Positions 60,965 to 64,000 of a DNA stretch of 64,000 nt are shown piece after piece. The position numbers and the translations under genes are program-made. The first letter of the stretch is position 1, and each line of letters starts with the position of its first letter. Below the pieces are notes generated by a model. The model had not been told where the DNA came from, made no database searches, and saw nothing but the letters and a program-made list of their open reading frames with translations. The stretch is from NCBI GenBank assembly GCA_949299195.1, contig CASFZN010000017.1:3714-67713 (forward strand), in the 5' to 3' direction. Source of the stretch: an uncultured bacterium. Its GTDB lineage: Bacteria > Bacillota_I > Bacilli_A > RFN20 > CAG-826.

Positions 60965-62293
60965 TTATACTTTTAGATTTAAATAAAAAAGGGATGAAAT
61001 AGAGTGTAATTTTCCTTCAATTTGTAGAGGATATTTTACTCTCTTATCCAGTAAGATAACCGTTTCTTTAGCTTTTTCTTTAATTTTAGTTAAAACAACA
61101 TAATTTTCTTTTAAAATTTCAAAAAGCAGCGCATTATCAATCTTATCTTTATTTTCATAAATAGTAGGAATAATAACAATTTCATCAGTTTCTTTAATTT
61201 CATTTAAATGTGAGAAATCATCGATAGTTATCTTTGATTTATTATCCATTAAAACAGAAAAAGTCATCATCGATAAATAAAAAATAAATAAATTTATAGA
61301 TGTTAAATTATAATGAGGATTCTTTTTTAATGAATCTTTAAAAAATTCGATAAAATCCTTTTCTTTTTTATGCTTACTAAGAAATAAGTAAGGTTTATTT
61401 TCATTGTCTTCTTTCTTATTTTCTAAAAAGATTTTAAGGACTTTTTTATAGTTTTTCCTATCACATTTTCTTAAAATTGAACGTAATAAAATAAATGAGT
61501 TTAATTCAATAAATCGACAAGAATCATTAAAATTAGTTTCCACGTGGAAACTTTTTTCAAATTCTAATGCTTTCTGCATCTCTTTCGTCGACTCAAAAAG
61601 AAATAAAACATTCTTTCCGCCACTATTTACTTTGGAAATTGTATTTTTAATAAAATAAATTACGCACTCGATTTTAAGATCGACTTCTTCTATTTTTATA
61701 TCTTTTAAATAATCTCCAAAAAAGATATCTTCTAAAACAATATCTTTGTTATTTTTTATATTTTTTGTATATGTTTGAAGAATTATATTTAAGTTTAAAA
61801 TTTTTCTTAAAGTTGAAACATTTTTAAAATTATTTATCGTTGCTGAAAGATAAGAAAATAAAGGGAGATTGCTTTTAAAAGGTAAAAACTTTTGATATTG
61901 GTATTTATATAAAAAATTGATAATGATGCACTTTTTTCGATCATTATCTTTAACATCTTTTTTTATTATCTTAAATGTTTCTTTATAAAATAAAGATTTT
62001 AATCTTTTGTATCTATCTAAATACTTATTTTTGGTGTTTTTATCTTCAATTTCATCGATTATTCTTTTAATTATTAGTAAAATTCTATTTTTCTTATTAT
62101 CTTTAAAGTTTTCAATTGTTGCTAATTCACTAAAAATTAATTCTAAATATCTCGTTGAATATACGATTTCATGTTTTTTAGTAAGGGATACTTCTTCTAA
62201 TTCAATATCATAAATTTTAAGCTCATTTAGGCTCATTAAATATTGTCGAATTAATTTAAAATCCGTTTCAACTTTATATATTTTTAGCATCAA
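60965..62293 (-). CDS. Hypothetical K/N/I-rich protein that contains both repeat-family units in frame
   Basis: 442-aa uninterrupted ORF. The codons for LFLSKHKKEK and EKSFHVETN are encoded by the repeat units. Confidence 0.4.
   Translation of the reverse strand: MMLKIYKVETDFKLIRQYLMSLNELKIYDIELEEVSLTKKHEIVYSTRYLELIFSELATIENFKDNKKNRILLIIKRIIDEIEDKNTKNKYLDRYKRLKSLFYKETFKIIKKDVKDNDRKKCIIINFLYKYQYQKFLPFKSNLPLFSYLSATINNFKNVSTLRKILNLNIILQTYTKNIKNNKDIVLEDIFFGDYLKDIKIEEVDLKIECVIYFIKNTISKVNSGGKNVLFLFESTKEMQKALEFEKSFHVETNFNDSCRFIELNSFILLRSILRKCDRKNYKKVLKIFLENKKEDNENKPYLFLSKHKKEKDFIEFFKDSLKKNPHYNLTSINLFIFYLSMMTFSVLMDNKSKITIDDFSHLNEIKETDEIVIIPTIYENKDKIDNALLFEILKENYVVLTKIKEKAKETVILLDKRVKYPLQIEGKLHSISSLFYLNLKV
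61369..61557. repeat. Repeat locus D: ATGCTTACTAAGAAATAAGTAAGG (61370-61393) and GTTTCCACGTGGAAAC plus TTTTTT (61536-61557), inside the 442-aa ORF
   Basis: Same units as loci A-C. The spacing is about 145 bp. Confidence 0.7.
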
Positions 62294-62297
62294 TTAC

Positions 62298-63779
62298 TTA
62301 TTTAAATAGTCTTGTAGCTTCGATTGCTTTTTTCCATTTATATTCAATTTCTTGGACTTTTTCTTCTTCTAATTTAGGTTCAAATTCTTTTGAAATTTGA
62401 TGAATTTTTCCAATTTCATCGATATTCTCCCAGAACTTTGAATATAATCCTGCTAAATACGCTGCACCTAATGAGGTGGTTTCTAAATTTTTAGGCAAAA
62501 TGACTCTTGATGATAAAATGTCGGCTTGATATTGCATCAAATAATTATTTGTAGTTGCTCCGCCATCAACTCTTAAGGTTTGGATTTTTTTATTAGAAAT
62601 TCTTTCGATTTCACGAATAACATCCTTAGTTTGTAGAGCAATACTATTTAAAGTTGCTCTAATGAAGTGTTCTTTAGTAGCTCCACGAGTTAATCCAAAA
62701 ACTGCACCACGACATTCGTCATCCCAATAAGGAGCTCCTAGTCCTACAAAAGCAGGAACAACATAAACTCCAGCGCAATCCTTACATTTATTTGCATAAG
62801 TTTCACTATCTGCTGCAGTTTTAATCATTCTCATTTGATCTCTTAGCCATTGAATTGAAGCGCCACCAATAAAAACCGATCCCTCAATTGCATAAGAAAC
62901 TTTCCCATCAATTTCCCAAGCAATTGTAGTGATAAGTCCATTTTTATCGATAATAAAATCATCACCTATATTCATTAAAACGAAACATCCAGTACCATAG
63001 GTTGATTTAATATCACCCTTATTAACACAGTTTTGACCAAATAAAGCTGCTTGTTGGTCACCTGCTACACCTAAAATTCTTAAATATTTATCGAGTCTTG
63101 ATGCATATCCAAAAAAATGAGATGAAGGACAAACTTCAGGCAAAATACATTTTGGAATATTGAAAAGTTCTAATAATTCTTCATCCCAGGAAAGGGTTTT
63201 AATATTATAGAGCATCGTTCTTGATGCGTTTGTGACATCAGTTTTAAAAATGGTTTCTTCTGATAACTTATACATTAACCAAGTATCAATCGTTCCAAAC
63301 ATTAATTCGCCTTTTTCTGCTTTTTCTTGGCCATTTTCAATATTATCTAGAATAAATCTAATCTTAGAAGCACTAAAATATGGATTGATTATTAATCCTG
63401 TTTTTTCTCTAACAAAATCAGTTTTATCTTTTAAAGCATCACAAATATATGCTGATTGACGAGATTGCCAAACTAAAGCATTATAAACAGGCATTCCAGT
63501 TTCTTTATCCCAGATAACAGTTGTTTCTCTTTGATTAGTAATCCCGATAGAATCGATATTTTTATAGGTTAGATTGGTTTTTGCAAGTAAATCATTAATG
63601 ACATTCAAAACAGATAAATAAATATCTAAAGCATCTTGTTCAACCCATCCATCATGAGGAAATAAACAAGCGACTTCTTGTTGCGATTTATAAAAAATAT
63701 TTCCTTCATGATCAATCAAAGAAGCTCTAGTTGATGTTGTACCTTGATCAATTGTTAAAACATATTTATTCTTATTCAT
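62298..63779 (-). CDS. glpK: Glycerol kinase
   Basis: N-terminus ILTIDQGTTSTRA plus FGGY-family motifs; 493 aa. Confidence 0.9.
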   Translation of the reverse strand: MNKNKYVLTIDQGTTSTRASLIDHEGNIFYKSQQEVACLFPHDGWVEQDALDIYLSVLNVINDLLAKTNLTYKNIDSIGITNQRETTVIWDKETGMPVYNALVWQSRQSAYICDALKDKTDFVREKTGLIINPYFSASKIRFILDNIENGQEKAEKGELMFGTIDTWLMYKLSEETIFKTDVTNASRTMLYNIKTLSWDEELLELFNIPKCILPEVCPSSHFFGYASRLDKYLRILGVAGDQQAALFGQNCVNKGDIKSTYGTGCFVLMNIGDDFIIDKNGLITTIAWEIDGKVSYAIEGSVFIGGASIQWLRDQMRMIKTAADSETYANKCKDCAGVYVVPAFVGLGAPYWDDECRGAVFGLTRGATKEHFIRATLNSIALQTKDVIREIERISNKKIQTLRVDGGATTNNYLMQYQADILSSRVILPKNLETTSLGAAYLAGLYSKFWENIDEIGKIHQISKEFEPKLEEEKVQEIEYKWKKAIEATRLFK

Positions 63780-64000
63780 CTGCTTTCTCCTCTTTTCCCC
63801 ATGAAAATAGGTGAATTTTCTTTAATTTTGGATATTCAACTCGATCTTTTAAGAAGTTTTTCGTATAAGAATCAACTAAATCTTTAATTAAATATCTAAT
63901 ATTTTTCTTCTTTTCTTCATCAATATCTTTAACAGCCGTTAAGTAAGAATCGGTTTCAAAAAATAAATCTTTTGCAAGCCCCCCAAGAGTAAAAATGTTA
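63772..64000 (-). CDS. Partial CDS: last 76 codons of an upstream gene; the N-terminus lies beyond the window end
   Basis: The minus-strand frame is open from 64000 down to a TAA at 63772-63774 and overlaps the glpK ATG by 8 nt. The tail reads ...LKKIHLFSWGKEEKADE. Confidence 0.4.
   Translation of the reverse strand, partial: NIFTLGGLAKDLFFETDSYLTAVKDIDEEKKKNIRYLIKDLVDSYTKNFLKDRVEYPKLKKIHLFSWGKEEKADE

Noticed and set aside
63776-63838. A short minus-strand frame whose TGA stop overlaps the glpK start (ATGA)
   Set aside because: That frame is interrupted by a stop within 60 nt. The genuine upstream gene is in the other frame, ending at a TAA at 63772-63774.

Overview
This is a 64 kb AT-rich chromosomal segment (estimated roughly 28-30% GC) from a low-GC Gram-positive or Mollicutes-related bacterium. 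It uses the standard genetic code: every long ORF is intact with TGA read as stop. The AtpF subunit nevertheless carries a Mollicutes-style lipoprotein signal. About 60 protein genes are present and almost all are on the minus strand. Most are housekeeping genes, many in Bacillus 'yt/ylo'-region synteny. They are, in order: fhs (partial), tcdA, rdgB, a zinc-ribbon membrane protein, M18 aminopeptidase, a small GNAT, zupT, two tandem CNNM/CorC transporters, a CvpA-like/coiled-coil membrane protein, a flavodoxin-like Fe-S flavoprotein, tRNA-Asp and tRNA-Phe, tyrS, apt (with a C-terminal extension), a CcpA-like LacI regulator, ytpR, M42 peptidase, trmB, M20 dipeptidase, a Pr6Pr-like membrane protein, an ECF S-component with coaX, leuS with a T-box leader (CUC specifier), glgC-glgD-glgA, a three-gene MksF/E/B (JetA/B/C-like) SMC condensin-type operon with no nuclease (JetD/MksG) gene, GDPD-MFS-HAD, rpmB, rpe, Ser/Thr kinase plus PP2C phosphatase, rlmN, a degenerate RsmB-like protein, priA, gmk, a short RqcH-like protein, trmL, a choline-kinase-like phosphotransferase, ppa, an ATP-grasp protein, the complete atpIBEFHAGDC operon, a TGS-domain uridine kinase, two large hypothetical proteins, glpK, and a partial CDS at the window end. 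The most unusual findings are: (1) the JetABC/MksFEB-like operon lacking JetD; (2) a dispersed composite repeat family built from the perfect 16-bp palindrome GTTTCCACGTGGAAAC plus an AATGCTTACTAAGAAATAA(A)GTAAG unit, at five loci, one of them inside a hypothetical ORF; (3) two identical cre-like palindromes exactly 100 bp apart around the ccpA-like promoter; (4) several long perfect palindromes at 5' regions, notably a 20-bp one at zupT. No IS element, integrase, CRISPR array or rRNA was found.
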